Source: Octopus sinensis (Eukaryota). From it: a DNA stretch of 64,000 nucleotides. Made by a program: the position numbers and the translations under genes. The stretch spans positions 73,284,001-73,348,000 of the forward strand of contig NC_043005.1 in assembly GCF_006345805.1 (NCBI RefSeq). The letters are read 5' to 3'. Below are positions 10,264-23,127 of the stretch, piece by piece (position 1 is the stretch's first letter; every line of letters starts with the position of its first letter). The notes beneath the pieces were generated by a model. That model made no database searches, was not told where the DNA came from, and saw nothing but the letters and a program-made list of their open reading frames with translations.

Positions 10264-12228
10264 TCTATGTTTGACTTTTGCTTTATATTTGTACAAGTTG
10301 GCTCCAAGTCTCACCCAGAGACCTCAAGAGACAACAGGGTTGGAAGTTCATGTTGTTGTTATGCCTAGTGTGCCATATTTGGGGGGTGGGGATGTTGTAC
10401 TAATGAATGTCTAAAAAAAAAAGTTTTTTTTTTTTTTTTTTTTAAACCGAAAATTATGGTTGTTTTAAACCTTGAGGTTACATAGAGAGTATTTTGCGTA
10501 GGATATGAGCAGTTCCATGAGCACTATCTTTTGAACTTCTGCCATGTTTGGGTTTCCTGGTATCTGAGTTAGGTAGCTATCAGCCCCTTTTGCTATCATT
10601 CCCAGGGCACCTATGACAACAGGTATTGTTTTAGTCTTCAGCTTCCACATTTTGCTGATTTCTATTTCAAGATCTTTATATTTGCTCAGTTTTTGGTAGG
10701 TCCTGACAGATACGTTTATATCGATTGGGACAGTCATATCAATGAGGAGGCATGTTCTTTGTTTGAAGTCTTTCAATATGATGTCTGGCCTATTTGCATC
10801 TATCTTCCTGTCAGTTTGAATGGTGAAGTTCCAGAGGAGTGAGATGTGGTCATTTTCAAGCACTGGGGGTTGTTGTGTTCCCACCAGTTTTTTTCATGGG
10901 GCAAATCCAGGTTTTTACAGATTACCCAGTGAATATATTGTGCAGCTCTATCGTGCCTGTTGAGATACTCTGTAGGCGCTAGAAGACTGCACTTGGAGAC
11001 CACATGGTCAATGGTTTCATTTGTTGCTTGCATACACGACACGTTGGACTGCTTCTGATCTTAATATGTTGGCCTGGTAGTTCTTGTTGGTAGGCATTGA
11101 TCTTGAGCTGCTATGATAAACCTCTCTGTTTCAGATTTTAAGCCAGAGGCCATTAGCCATTGAGGGTCAGGGCTTTGTCGATATCTGCATTATTCGCTCT
11201 CTTTGGGTATTTGCCGTAGAGAGGTTTTTCTTGCCATTTATTATTCAGAATATCTAAGGCCGCAGTTTTGGCACGGGTTTTCATGCGCCTAGCTTTTTCT
11301 GTGCTTGTTTCTTGTATGTCTATCTCTAATTCCGAAATTGGTTGTATTCGGAATTCACTTAGATATTCCTTTGCCTGTTTTGTGACTGAGTATGATGCTT
11401 TCTTGTTTTCATGTTTTGAGACAAGTTTTAACATCCAGTCCTCAGAGTTTTTCAGGTAGGTGTCTAGGCCAATTGTAGCAATCTTCATTGTTATTGCCAG
11501 TTGCAAAAGACCACGGCCTCCCTCTTTTCTTGGCAGATAGAGTCGTTCTGTATCTGCCTTAGGTGGTGCATTCTATGCATTGTCAACAGTTTCCTTATTT
11601 TTCTGTCGAGCTGACATATTTCAGTAATTGACCAGTTAGCAATATTGAAACTGTAAGTCACGACTGGTATAGCTAATGCATTGATTGCTTCGATCCTGTT
11701 TCTTGCATTCAGCTCTGTCTTGAGTATTGCTCTCACTCTTCGATAGCATTCTCTCCTGATCCTTCCTTCATCTATGAATGCCTTATTCCGTTCCCTTCAA
11801 TTACCCCTAGGTACTTGTAGCTCTCCGCTGGGTCTAGTTCTTTTATGACATTCTGTTGGTCAAGGTTAACGTTAGATGTTTCTGTCATTTTTCCTTTGAT
11901 AAAGGTAGCCTTTGCACATTTATCGAGGCCGAATTGCATTCTGATGTCGTCACTGAATTGTTTGACTATCGCTAGTAAGCCCTTGAGTTGTTGATCATTT
12001 TTTGCAAAAAGCTTTAAATCATCCATGTAAACGAGATGATTTATATTTTTATCAAACATTTTATACCCGTACTGCGCGTCATTGAGCAGCTTTGAGAGAG
12101 GTATTAAGGATAAACAAAAGAGGAGTGGTGACAGTGAGTCACCCTGGAAAATGCCACACGAAATTTTTACATCACCAGCATTTAGGGATTCACTGTCACT
12201 GTTCAGAGTTAGTGTGGTTCTCCATGAT

Positions 12229-12231
<3 letters not shown>
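10264..12231 (-). mobile_element. 5'-truncated, frameshifted R4/Dong-clade non-LTR retrotransposon (RT C-half, CCHC knuckle, REL endonuclease, 3'UTR)
   Basis: ORF pieces give RT motifs GIFQGDSLSPLLFCL, YMDDLKLF and YKYLG; the knuckle C..ETIDHVVSKC; and REL motifs RPDII..CLLIDMTVP..KLSKYKDL..PVVIGALG. (AAT)n lies on both sides (12232-12303 and 10181-10263). Confidence 0.92.
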
Positions 12232-12303
<72 letters not shown>

Positions 12304-12307
<4 letters not shown>

Positions 12308-12372
12308 TTACAGCCAGGAAGCAAACTCAGAATCTTGGGGTTAGTAGCCACGCTTTTAACCACTCTGCTCAC
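12304..12372 (-). mobile_element. Short tRNA-derived SINE head with (AAT)n tail
   Basis: Minus strand reads gtgagcagagtggttaaaagcgtggctactaaccccaagattctgagtttgcttcctggctgtaacctg(aat)n. Homologous to 12373-12450. Confidence 0.7.
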
Positions 12373-12450
12373 GGGCATATGGCGTAGTGGTTAAGAGCAC
12401 GGACTGCTAACCCCAAGATTCGGAGTTCGATTCCAAGTAGTGACCTGAAC
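12373..12450 (+). mobile_element. Short tRNA(Ser-like)-derived SINE head with (AAT)n tail
   Basis: A box tggcgtagtgg, anticodon-like loop ctgctaa, B box gagttcgattcc, then gacctgaac(aat)n. The acceptor stem does not pair. Confidence 0.75.
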
Positions 12451-12460
12451 AATAATAATG

Positions 12461-12491
<31 letters not shown>

Positions 12492-12495
12492 TAAT

Positions 12496-12572
<77 letters not shown>

Positions 12573-12594
12573 TAATAATAATCATAATAAAAGT

Positions 12595-12930
12595 TGAGTA
12601 GCCCATCCCATTCAAAATGTCCCTTAGTGGCTGACAGTATGTGTATCTCTGATCATGAGCAAGAGCAATGGGGGAGCATCGTAGCCATGTGTCGAGGGGA
12701 ATTATTTGGGGTTTGGTTGCTTCACATTTGGAAACATGGGTGTTAGTTAGTTAGTTAGTTAGTTAATTTTTTGGCTCAAAAAGTAAAAAGCAAGGCCATG
12801 TAGGGGGACATGGAGTTATGTACAGGGTGGTGTTCATGTAAAGAGTTCAGGCCACTTGAGGTCAAGGGAGACTTTGAACCGAGCGGTCGCCGAGGGTGTT
12901 TCATTCAACATCCTTAAACAACCCTTATTA
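12595..12930 (+). mobile_element. Rearranged internal fragment of the ~550-bp AAT-associated element
   Basis: tgtcccttagtggctgac...ggaaacatgggtg[insert]tttcattcaacatccttaaacaaccctt matches the 3343-3898 copy. Confidence 0.7.
12745..12893 (-). mobile_element. 5'-truncated LINE 3' end with (TAAC)n tail and 7-bp TSD
   Basis: TSD gggtgtt at 12738-12744 and 12894-12900. Minus strand encodes ..RFKVSLDLKWPELFT*, then a UTR and (taac)n. Confidence 0.65.
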
Positions 12931-13010
12931 TTATTATTATTATTATATTATTATTATTATATTATTATATTATTATTATTATTATTATTATTATTACTAC
13001 TACTACTAAA

Positions 13011-13228
13011 GGCGGCGAGTTGGCAGAAGTTTTAGAACGCCGAGCAAAACGTTTAGCAAGATTTCGTCTGTTATTGCGAGCTGAGTTCAATGCCCACCGA
13101 GATCGACTTAACCTTTTATCCTCTCGGGGTTAATAAAATAAGTGCCAGTTGAGTCTTGGGGGAGGGTCGATGTAATCGACTTACCCCCTCCTCTAAACTT
13201 GCTGGTCTTGAACCAAAAATTGGAAACA
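13011..13228 (+). mobile_element. SINE family B
   Basis: ggcggcgagttggcagaag head; ctgagttcaat B box; ttttatcctctcggggttaataaa domain. Confidence 0.75.
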
Positions 13229-13279
13229 TTATTATTGTTATCGTTATTAATGTTGCAACTAGTACTGCTTTGCTGCTAT

Positions 13280-13563
13280 AACCATCACTACAAGTAGTAG
13301 TAGTAGTAGTAGTAGTAGCGGTGGTGGTAGTAGAAGTAGTAGTAGTAGTATTGGCGGTGGTGGTAGTATTAGTAGTGGCGGTGGTGGTGGTAGGAGTAGT
13401 AGTAGTAGTAGTGATGGCGGTGGTGGTGGTAGTAATAATAGTAGTATTAATAGTAGTTGTAGTAGTAGTAATAGTAGTAGTGGCGGTGGTGGTGGTGGTA
13501 GTAGTAGTAGTAATAGTAGTAATGGTGATGGTGGTGTTAGTAGTAGTAGTAGTAGTAGTGGCG

Positions 13564-13597
<34 letters not shown>

Positions 13598-13600
13598 AGT
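13280..13600. repeat. Compound (GTA)/(GTG) trinucleotide tract
   Basis: Seen directly; source of the poly-Thr/Val ORFs. Confidence 0.95.
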
Positions 13601-14097
13601 ATGACCAACTTTCAGTTCTGAGTTTAAAAATCCTGGCGGCATTTACTGTTAAGCTATACATTTCAGCCTCTATCCCGTATGGCGGTGTTATCAGTATAAT
13701 TAGCAATCAGTTCCAGAAATTCTGCATATACCTATTTCAAAGTATGCATTGAAGAAAACCCCGGAGATACACCTGGAAGAAATCCAATTTAAGTGTGCAC
13801 CAATAATATGAAGATTAATTTCTACACAAGAGCAATTATTTAACGTTCAACACACTTACAAGTTTTCATCAACGCGTTATTATAATTAAAGCGTTAAATG
13901 TTTATCATAGTATTAATATGATGAAAACGAGGGAAGAGGTGTGAGATCTTGTTTTAACTGACAATGATGGAATCTACACACCTATATATATCTTTATATA
14001 TATTGTACCTGTCTCCATATCTATTTACATATATGTATGTGTGTGAGTACGTGTGAGTGAGTGTATGAGCGTCTGCGTATGTACGTATGTATGTATG

Positions 14098-14131
<34 letters not shown>

Positions 14132-14368
14132 TGTATTATGTATGTATGTACGCTTGTAAGTATAGGAATTTTTTATTATAGAGGATATGGATACGTTCTG
14201 AGCCGTCACCAGATTTATGAATTCATTAAAATTTCTAGATACAAGACAAGCAAAACAAATCTTGATAGTTCACAATCAATACAAAAATTTAGCCACACAA
14301 ATAAATACACATGCATACACAAATGTGTGTGTGTATACATATACATACATACATATATATATAATATA

Positions 14369-14403
<35 letters not shown>

Positions 14404-14509
14404 ATATAATATATACGTAAAGGACTCTTTTTATTCCTGAGCGTTATACTAATACATGTTGTTTTGTACATCACCTGTCTTCGTCTTTTGCTTTCTCGTC
14501 AACTCTCCC

Positions 14510-14559
<50 letters not shown>

Positions 14560-15404
14560 AAGGCGGTGCTCCAGCATGGCCGCAGTCAAATGACTGAAAC
14601 AAGTAAAAGAGTAAAAGATATATATATATATATATATATATATAGGAGTGGCTGCGTGGAATCGATCTCCTATAAACACATTGGCGCCTGAGTTTGGATC
14701 TTTTGGGCACTACTAAGTGTTGCATGCATTGAGAATATCTGGATAGATCTCGTGTGTGGACTATATATGTATATATGTATATGTATATATGTATGCATAT
14801 ATATATATATATATATATACATATGCTATACGTGTGTGTACATACATGAAGCACAAAAGCACATGTATTATACTTAATGAATCACGAATTCACTTTTAAG
14901 TATATTCAACAATGTTTCTTTCCATTGTTATAATGGCGTATTCGATAATATACTGAGTAATTGGCAATGTACTTTGAAGACAGATGTAGCTATCCTATTC
15001 TTCCAATGTTTCTCTCTGTTTCTCTCTGTATCTGTTTCACCTATATTCTTGTATCCCTCCATCTATCTTCTTCGCTCTCACATTCCTCTCTCTCTCTCTC
15101 TGTCTCTCTCCATCTATCTATCTATCTCTCCCACCATACCTCTGGTCATCACACACTTATCTTTCTAAATGTTAAGAAGAGCAATAGTCAATGAGATGAT
15201 AAATGAACTTACAACCTCTATTTAAATAGTTGACAGTTATGAGGTAAAATACTAAATTTATATGATAGCAAAACATTATTTTTTATATATTTGCATTGCT
15301 ATACATAAACATACACGGATACACACATACATACATAGACACATGCATACATATATATACATGTATGCATGTATGTGTATGTATATGTATATATGTGTGT
15401 ATAT

Positions 15405-15482
<78 letters not shown>

Positions 15483-15970
15483 CATATATTTATATATATA
15501 TGCATATCTATCTATCTATATATATATATGTATATTTGTGTACGTGTTTGTGTGTGTTTGTCTGTGGGTGTATTTGCATGTGTGCCTGTGAGTATTGGCG
15601 TTTGGATGTATTTGGATTCCACTTTCATGTAATTAATTATCAACAGTACTCAGTTTAAGAAAAAAAAAACGATATGTTGTCTGTGTTATTCTGTTTGATA
15701 ATTTGAGACAGGTAACAAGAGAGAGAAAGGGGTTGAGGTGCACGGTGGAGTAGATATGGACCTGTATGTATCTATGCATGTCTGTATGTGTATATGTATA
15801 TGTTTATATGTATGTAAATATATATATATATATATATAAATATGTATGTATTCATATTGTATGTATGTAGATGTATATGTTTAGACGTATGTATGCATAT
15901 ATATATACACACAAACACACACACACATATATATATATATGCTTATCTGTGTCTGTCTGTCTCTCTCTCG

Positions 15971-16063
<93 letters not shown>

Positions 16064-17049
16064 TATATTTGTGTGTATCTATGGATGGATGTAACGTGAC
16101 AGAAAGAACCAGAATATTTTGAATGCATTATGAGTTGCGAAAAACATGTGTTCACAACATGAATGCGTATATGGCAAGTGGGTACAACCGTGATTATCTC
16201 CCCACTCCAGCGATGTCTAGTTTATATTTGTTTGATGCGGTAGTTGGTGGGTGTATCACCTCCAAGATTTCGACCTTCTCGTCATGTAATTAGCCTATAA
16301 GGAATATGTGCGGTAGGTGAACGAAAAGCTGTTATTAGCTACCTGGATCATGATCTTCTCTGCTATAGTTACAAGGCCTGAGAAGGGGTTTGTTCGATGA
16401 CATCGATCTCAGTGCTCAGATTGGTCTAATTTTAGCGTCCCCGACACAAGGATGTTAGACAAGTTCTATGTCTGTGGAATTTGAAGTTAGAACGTAAACA
16501 TATTGGACGAAATGTTGCTGCGTATTAGCCACTTAGATGTTACAAAATTCACTTTAAATGCACCAGTACGTAGAGATAAAGAAGCAAAAAATTCAGAGAA
16601 AGGAAAATAATTGAATTTTGCATTTAGTGTTGTCTTTAAGATTTTAAGAATTCGATACACTGTAAACAATTGTGTGCAGTACAAAAGTGAGAAACATAAT
16701 TATCGGTAAAGCAAGTCAGTCGACATGAGTTGTGAGTGGGTTATTATAGGAAAGACGACAGAAATGTGACAAAACGTTTATATCAGCCAAACTAAAGACA
16801 AAATAATACAGCTAAAATGCAACGTGCAGTGAAAACGACCAGTCAAATCAATGACCACACACGTCATTGCACTAGCCGATGATTGCTGGGTTCTGTTGCA
16901 TGAAGATGCGCCCTAAATAGTACACTCCAAGATCATGCATGCTGTTTGGTTGGCGAACATGGTGTAGGGTGGCTGCAATCCGAAAGCTACAATCAGACTG
17001 TTCTCAACGGATGAGATGCAAGAGAAGCTACCAGCCGATCATGAATGCA

Positions 17050-17600
17050 AATACATTACTGCAAAAGAAAATGGCGAGTTTGAAAAAGCGAGGGCGGGAC
17101 GAGAAGGCGGATGAATTTCGGGACCATGCAAACCTTCATAATGGAAAAGTTTCCTCAGCGGGTCTCAGAGAAGTGTACATTATCTCGAAAAGTAGAAAGG
17201 TACCGACGAGAACTAAAGATGACTCATAACTCTACCATTAAACCATGGCAGCAGTGTTTTAATTAGCTATAAACAGGCTCTTGATAAATGTCCTTGAAGC
17301 TCTGAACTTTGTTCCACAACCCCTGGAAGATGGGTCTACGCCTAATATAGACAAGTTAGTGTGTGACTCGCATGAGTTCTAACAAAAACCTTTGACATGA
17401 TGAATAGAAATGCTCTGTGGTTGGATTATATATATATATAACGATGCATTGGCGCAAAGCAGTGTTTAGGTATGACCAGAATTTAGGTTACCTGGAATAT
17501 GTTTGTCACATATTTCAACTGCTAAAAGACAAATACACTGCAATTACCGTGGAGAAAAGTCTCACTTCTGACAAAATGGTCTGAAAATACCCACTTCGTT
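17050..17600 (+). pseudogene. Highly degenerate RTE-type reverse transcriptase relic
   Basis: Manual translation finds LAINRL, LTKTFDMMNRNALW and NLGYLEYVCHIFQLL in order. These resemble RTE ILNRL, DLTKAFDTVNR.ALW and KLGCP.KF. Many stops. Confidence 0.45.
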
Positions 17601-18111
17601 CATTGTCGCCATCTGTCAGTAATCTCATATATGTATGTGTTTGTGTGTGTGTGTGTGTGTGTATGTAATGCATGTATGTATGTACATAAGAAAATTTATA
17701 TGTGCTTTATATTCATATTCTGTTAAATATATTAGTATGTTTTAGAGTTTCAAAATTTCCTATTGACGATTATATTCTACAATTGTACTAATATTATGCG
17801 GTTAGAAGTTGCAAATCAATCTTGTAGTTGTTATGTTTGTGAAATCCCCTTGCCAAGCCTGTACTGGTGGACTTTGTTATGTAATCACGAACCTCATTGT
17901 CAACAGCCAGACAATTAGATATGAAATCTATTAGAAGAATCTAGAGTCTTATATATGCATACATACATAAATGTATATATATTATATATATATATAATAT
18001 ATATATATATATATGCGTGTGTGTGTATGTATGTATATATATATATATATTATATATGTATATATATGTATATATATACATAATTATATGTATGCATATA
18101 AATAATTATGC

Positions 18112-18146
<35 letters not shown>

Positions 18147-19351
18147 TCAAATACATATATATATATCAAATACATATATATATATATATATGTATGTATA
18201 TATATATATGTATATATGTGCATAAATATATAATTCTGTATATATATGCATATATATATATCAAATATATATGTATACGTACATATATATATACATAGTC
18301 TTCACAAAGCTGGACGAATATTTTCTCAATACTGCGTTTTTTTAATATTCCTATCGCAGATAATTAATATCCGGTCTCTTGTATATGCATCTCATTTATG
18401 TATCATATGAGTTTTTGCAAATATAAGTTATTGTAATGTTTATATAAGCATTTTAGATCACCATAGTTGCTGTGTATTTTCTAATCTATCATATTCCCAT
18501 ATCGTATTTTATAGAATTTTGGATAGCGTATCAGATGTTAGATCTTGTATTCACTTTCAAATAATGAGTGTCATTTCGTCTACAATAACTTCGCAACCAG
18601 CACCAGTAATCGCATCTATGAGTGTGGTGTATCTGTCTGTATTTGTGTGTTGGTACGTATAACAACAGAAGAAGCTAGATTTGTTTCTTTCTCTAACCGT
18701 TTACATAGTTTAACGAATACTAGTTAAAGTGTGAAAAACAAAATAGTAAATTTGAAAGAAGTTTCTATGCAACTAGTTTTTAACAGCGAATGGTTATAGG
18801 AAGTTATCAGTAATCAGTAATCAATGGAGTCCATCGGAAGAAAAGTGGATGAGAACCCCTGATCTAAGCACTGCAAATTTCTTTTCTAGAAATCTGTATT
18901 TCTAGCTTTGGAATAAAAGACTGGTTGAGCTACTATTTTATTAGTAGTTTAGAAGGAATTAAACAATTCAATGACTATGATAAGCACTACACCTTCAACG
19001 TTGATTTCATTGTGAAACAAAAGCGATATGGCTCTAAGCATTTTGCAGACGTTAACTTCTATACGTCTGCTCATAAATGGGAAAACGGCATACCTCGAGT
19101 GTTTCCGGATAAGTTCGGTTTAATCACTGTTTGTCAAATACTTGTGTGTATGTGTAAGCGTTAATGGAAAGAGAACGACAGAGAGAGTGAGGCAGAGAGA
19201 CAGAGAGAGTGAGTGAGTGAGTGAGTGAGTGAGAGAGTGAAGAGAGAGATAGAGAGAGAGAGAGAGCGGTGAGACGTGAGTGAAAAAGAGTGATATGAAA
19301 GGCGAAGAGAGAAAAGGGAGGAAAGATTACTTTGATGTGTATGCGTAATTT

Positions 19352-19490
19352 CTTTTCTACTCTAGGCACAAGGCCCTGAAATTTTTGGGGGAGAGGGTCA
19401 GTCGATTAGATCGACCCCAGTACTTAATTCATCAACCCCGAAATGATGAAAGGCAAAGTCGGCCTCGACGGCATTTGAACTCAGAACATA
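19352..19490 (-). mobile_element. SINE family B, 5'-truncated (tail type 2)
   Basis: ttcttttctactctaggcacaaggccc...aggcaaagtcggcctcgacggcatttgaactcagaac. Confidence 0.75.
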
Positions 19491-20229
19491 AAAGATGTGT
19501 ATGCGTAAATTGACAAATGTGAATCAAATGTGATCGAGTTGAAATATTTAATTTCTTAACAGTCATTGTTTTCCTTATTTATTGTGTCCTTCGATATTTA
19601 GAGATGGCAGCGCATGACATTGATGGAGATTTAGTTGCTATTTCTAACATGTCGAACCATGAATATGGATATTTTCTAATTAAAACTGAAAGTGTGTGCA
19701 TACGTACATACACACATTCAAACACAGAAACACACACACACTCACATATACGTACATTTATATATATATATATATATATACACATTTTTTTTCTTTAGTT
19801 GTCGTCTGCTACGATTTTGGCTTAGTGGATGCATGTGTACGTGTGTGTGTACGTGTGTGTGTATGTGTGTGTGTGTGTGTGCGTGTGTGTGTGTTACAAG
19901 AGGGAAAGAGAGGGGAGAGAGAGGAAGAGAGGGAGAGAGAGAATGTGTTTGTAAAGGAGACAGCGATGTGGTATGGATAGTGTGAGAATAGGCTTTGCAC
20001 ATGTGTGTGTGCGTGTGTGTGCGTGTGTGTGCGTGTATATGTGTGTGTCTGTATGTATGTTTGTCTGTGTGCGTGTCCGTTTGTGTGTGTGTGTTTGTGT
20101 GTGTATGTGTGTGTGAGTGAGTCTGTGTTTATGTGTGTTTGTCTATATGTGTATGGGAGTAAGAAAGACGGTGAAGGAGAGTGAGAGAAAGGGAAACAGG
20201 GTGAAGGAAAGAGAGTGAAAGAAATGCTG

Positions 20230-20640
20230 AGATAAGACAGAGAGAGGACATCTAACGCACATACGAATTTTTGTAGTTGTGTGTATGCGTGTGATTATAT
20301 ATGTGTGTGCGAGTGTATGTGTATGTCTGTGTATGAGAGAAAAAAAGAGAGAGAGAGAGAGAAGAGAGAAAGGCACAAAGAGATTGATTGAGAAAGAGGA
20401 ACGCTGGAGAAAGAGTGAGGACAAGACATGCACGCGCGAAGTTTTGTGTGTGTGTGTATGTGATTGTGTATATGTGTGCGAGTGTATGTATGTGTCTGTA
20501 TGAGAGAGAGAAAGAAAGAGAAAGATGAGGAAGAGAGAAAGGCACAAAGAGATTGAGAGAGAGGGACGCTGGAGAAAGATTGAAGACAATTTACGCACGC
20601 ACGAAGTTTTGTGTGTGTGTGTATGTGTATATATGTGTGC
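20230..20640. repeat. Imperfect ~180-bp tandem duplication (about 2.5 units) of GA/GT-rich sequence
   Basis: gaagagagaaaggcacaaagagattga...acgctggagaaaga...gaagttttgtgtg occurs twice. Confidence 0.75.
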
Positions 20641-21328
20641 GCATATGCGTGAGGTGTGTGTGTGTGTGTAATGGACAGTAGAATGCGTCACTCTCTGATT
20701 GACACCTGTTGAAATGTTACCAATCCTTTCCTACTCCATAATCAGTAACCCCCTCTCCCGTTCTCTGGTCATTTACCGCCCCACTACCACTTCAGTCTTT
20801 CCTTGTCTTTCTCCATGTGGCTATGTAAATGCGTGCGTATGTAAATATGTATACGTCGTGTAACTGTGTGTGTGTGTGTGTGTGTGCGTGCGTGTGTACG
20901 TGTGTGGGTGTGTCTGCACGTAAATTGATTATACATTGTTTCAACGTCAATTTTTATGGTTCTTATGGTTTGAGTTCTGTGAAGTTTTAATATCAGACTG
21001 ATTTTTGATTAAATAAATTTTTTTTTTTTTGGGTTCTTCGTTGATTTGATGGGCTTTGTCTGCACCGTAAACATCGAATTATATCCAGTATCACTACCCG
21101 TCAGACAATAGCTGCTCAAAAGTTATAGCTTCCTAATTTAACCGTGCCATATGAAAGCCATAAGAATCGCATATGCCGGGCTATATAAGCTTAACTATCT
21201 GTCGGTTAGTATTTCGAGATGTGTTGCGAATTCTTTATCTTAGCGTAATAAATTCGTTTGATCTCTATATGAGAGTGTAACTGGTCTCTCCGCTTGCTGG
21301 AAGTAATAATCGAATCTCTTACACTACA

Positions 21329-21738
21329 CTTTACTCTTTTACTCTTTTACTTGTTTCAGTCATTTGACTGCGGCCATGCTGGAGCACCGCCTTTAGTCGA
21401 GCATATCGACCCCGGGACTTATTCTTTGTAAGGCCAGTACTTATTCTATCAGTCTCTTTTGCCGAACCGCTAAGTGACAGGGACGTAAACACACCAGCAT
21501 CGGTTGTCAAGCAATGCTAGGGGGACAAACACAGGCACACAAACACACACACATATATATATATATACATATATACGACAGGCTTCTTTCAGTTTCCGTC
21601 TACCAAATCCACTCACAAGGCATTGGTCGGCCCGGTGCTATAGTAGAAGACACTTGCCCAAGATGCCACGCAGTGGGACTGAACCCGGAACCATGTGGTT
21701 GGTTAGCAAGCTACTTACCACACAGTCACTCCTGCGCC
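21329..21738 (-). mobile_element. SINE family A, full length (tRNA head, CORE-like segment, internal CA/TA tract)
   Basis: Minus strand: ggcgcaggagtgactgtgtggtaag A box, gggttcagtccc B box, ggcatcttgggcaagtgtctt CORE-like motif, and an (agtaaaag)n tail. Confidence 0.85.
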
Positions 21739-21876
21739 CCCACTTATGTAGTTTTTATGTAACAAAGGCCAATGAATAATGAAAATTTTCGTTGATGGTT
21801 GCAAATTGTTTAATGTTGTGCGTCGAGAGTTATTTTATTTTATTTTAATTAAAGAATAGCTCCTATTTTATATATT

Positions 21877-22103
21877 ACTTTACTACCCTCAAAGGGCTAA
21901 ACACAGAGGGGACAAATAAGGACAGACAAACGGATTAAGACGATTACATCGACCCCAGTATGTAACTTGTTCTTAATTTATCGACCCCGAAAGGATGAAA
22001 AGCAAAGTCGACCTCGGCGGAATTTGAACGCAGGACGTAACAGCAGGCGAAATACGGCTACGCATTTCGCCCGGCGTGCTAACGATTCTGCCAGCTCGCC
22101 GCC
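21877..22103 (-). mobile_element. SINE family B, full length (tail type 1)
   Basis: Reverse complement of the 30005-30235 copy. Confidence 0.85.
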
Positions 22104-23014
22104 TTAATAGCTGATATTTTATAGCGGGCATTCATGAACTAGGCGTGTGGACTAATGATTAGATCACAAGATCATGGTTTCGATTCTCAGACCGGGCAGT
22201 GTGTTGTGTTCGTGGGAAAAACACTTTATTTCACTTCCTCCTGTCCACTCAGTCCCCAGTGAGTAACCTTGCGAGTGACTGACCTCCGCTTCTGAAGGAA
22301 TGTAGGGATTTCGGGCACTTGTCTTGGAAACTGGGCAGCCGGTCCAATGTGTCCTAAGATCCAAGACAGTAATACCCTTGGGTTCAAGATGATGATACAC
22401 AAACATACATATAATGAAATATCACACAAACTCTGTTGTATATTCACTGATTTAAAATTACATTGAAAACATGTATTCATTTGGATCGTGGACATAATTC
22501 TTAAAAAATCACATATTTCATAACTTGCGCTGCAATCGCAAAAAATAATTGTAATTTCGTATATATAATCAATAACAACTGCGACTTTTTGTAAAACCAG
22601 CTTTCTCTTTTTTAAAATACATTTGGTCCAGATCAGATAATTTCATCAAAACGTTCTGGAAATTATTCGAGTATTTCCTGAAAAGTATATGATATTCCAG
22701 CATGTGTCCATTCAGAAAAGAAAAACTTATTGCACAACTTATAGGAATCAATATAACCCAAAAATTTAATATACGCGGCATATTTTTTTTTGATGCAAGA
22801 CACACCGACGACTATGTACATATAAATATGTAAATACATCGATGAAGCTGTTATGTTTTTATGTATGTATGAATATTCGCAGGTATGTATACATATGTGT
22901 TAGTGTGTATAAATATGTATATATGTACATATATGCATATATACATGCTTACATTCATCGATTCATCTACACGTATACATCACACAAACGCACGCGCACA
23001 AACATACACACACA

Positions 23015-23056
<42 letters not shown>

Positions 23057-23127
23057 TCACACAGAGGCGAAGGCACATATATACACACTGATTTATGGAA
23101 TATGTGTCTATACTTACATATGTATAC

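Noticed and set aside
12373-12450. Functional tRNA-Ser gene
   Set aside because: A and B boxes are present, but the acceptor and anticodon stems do not pair, the long variable arm is absent, and an AAT tail follows. It is a SINE head.
16939-17229. 96-aa ORF as a host gene
   Set aside because: It overlaps a probable degenerate RTE reverse transcriptase and shows no recognisable host protein similarity.
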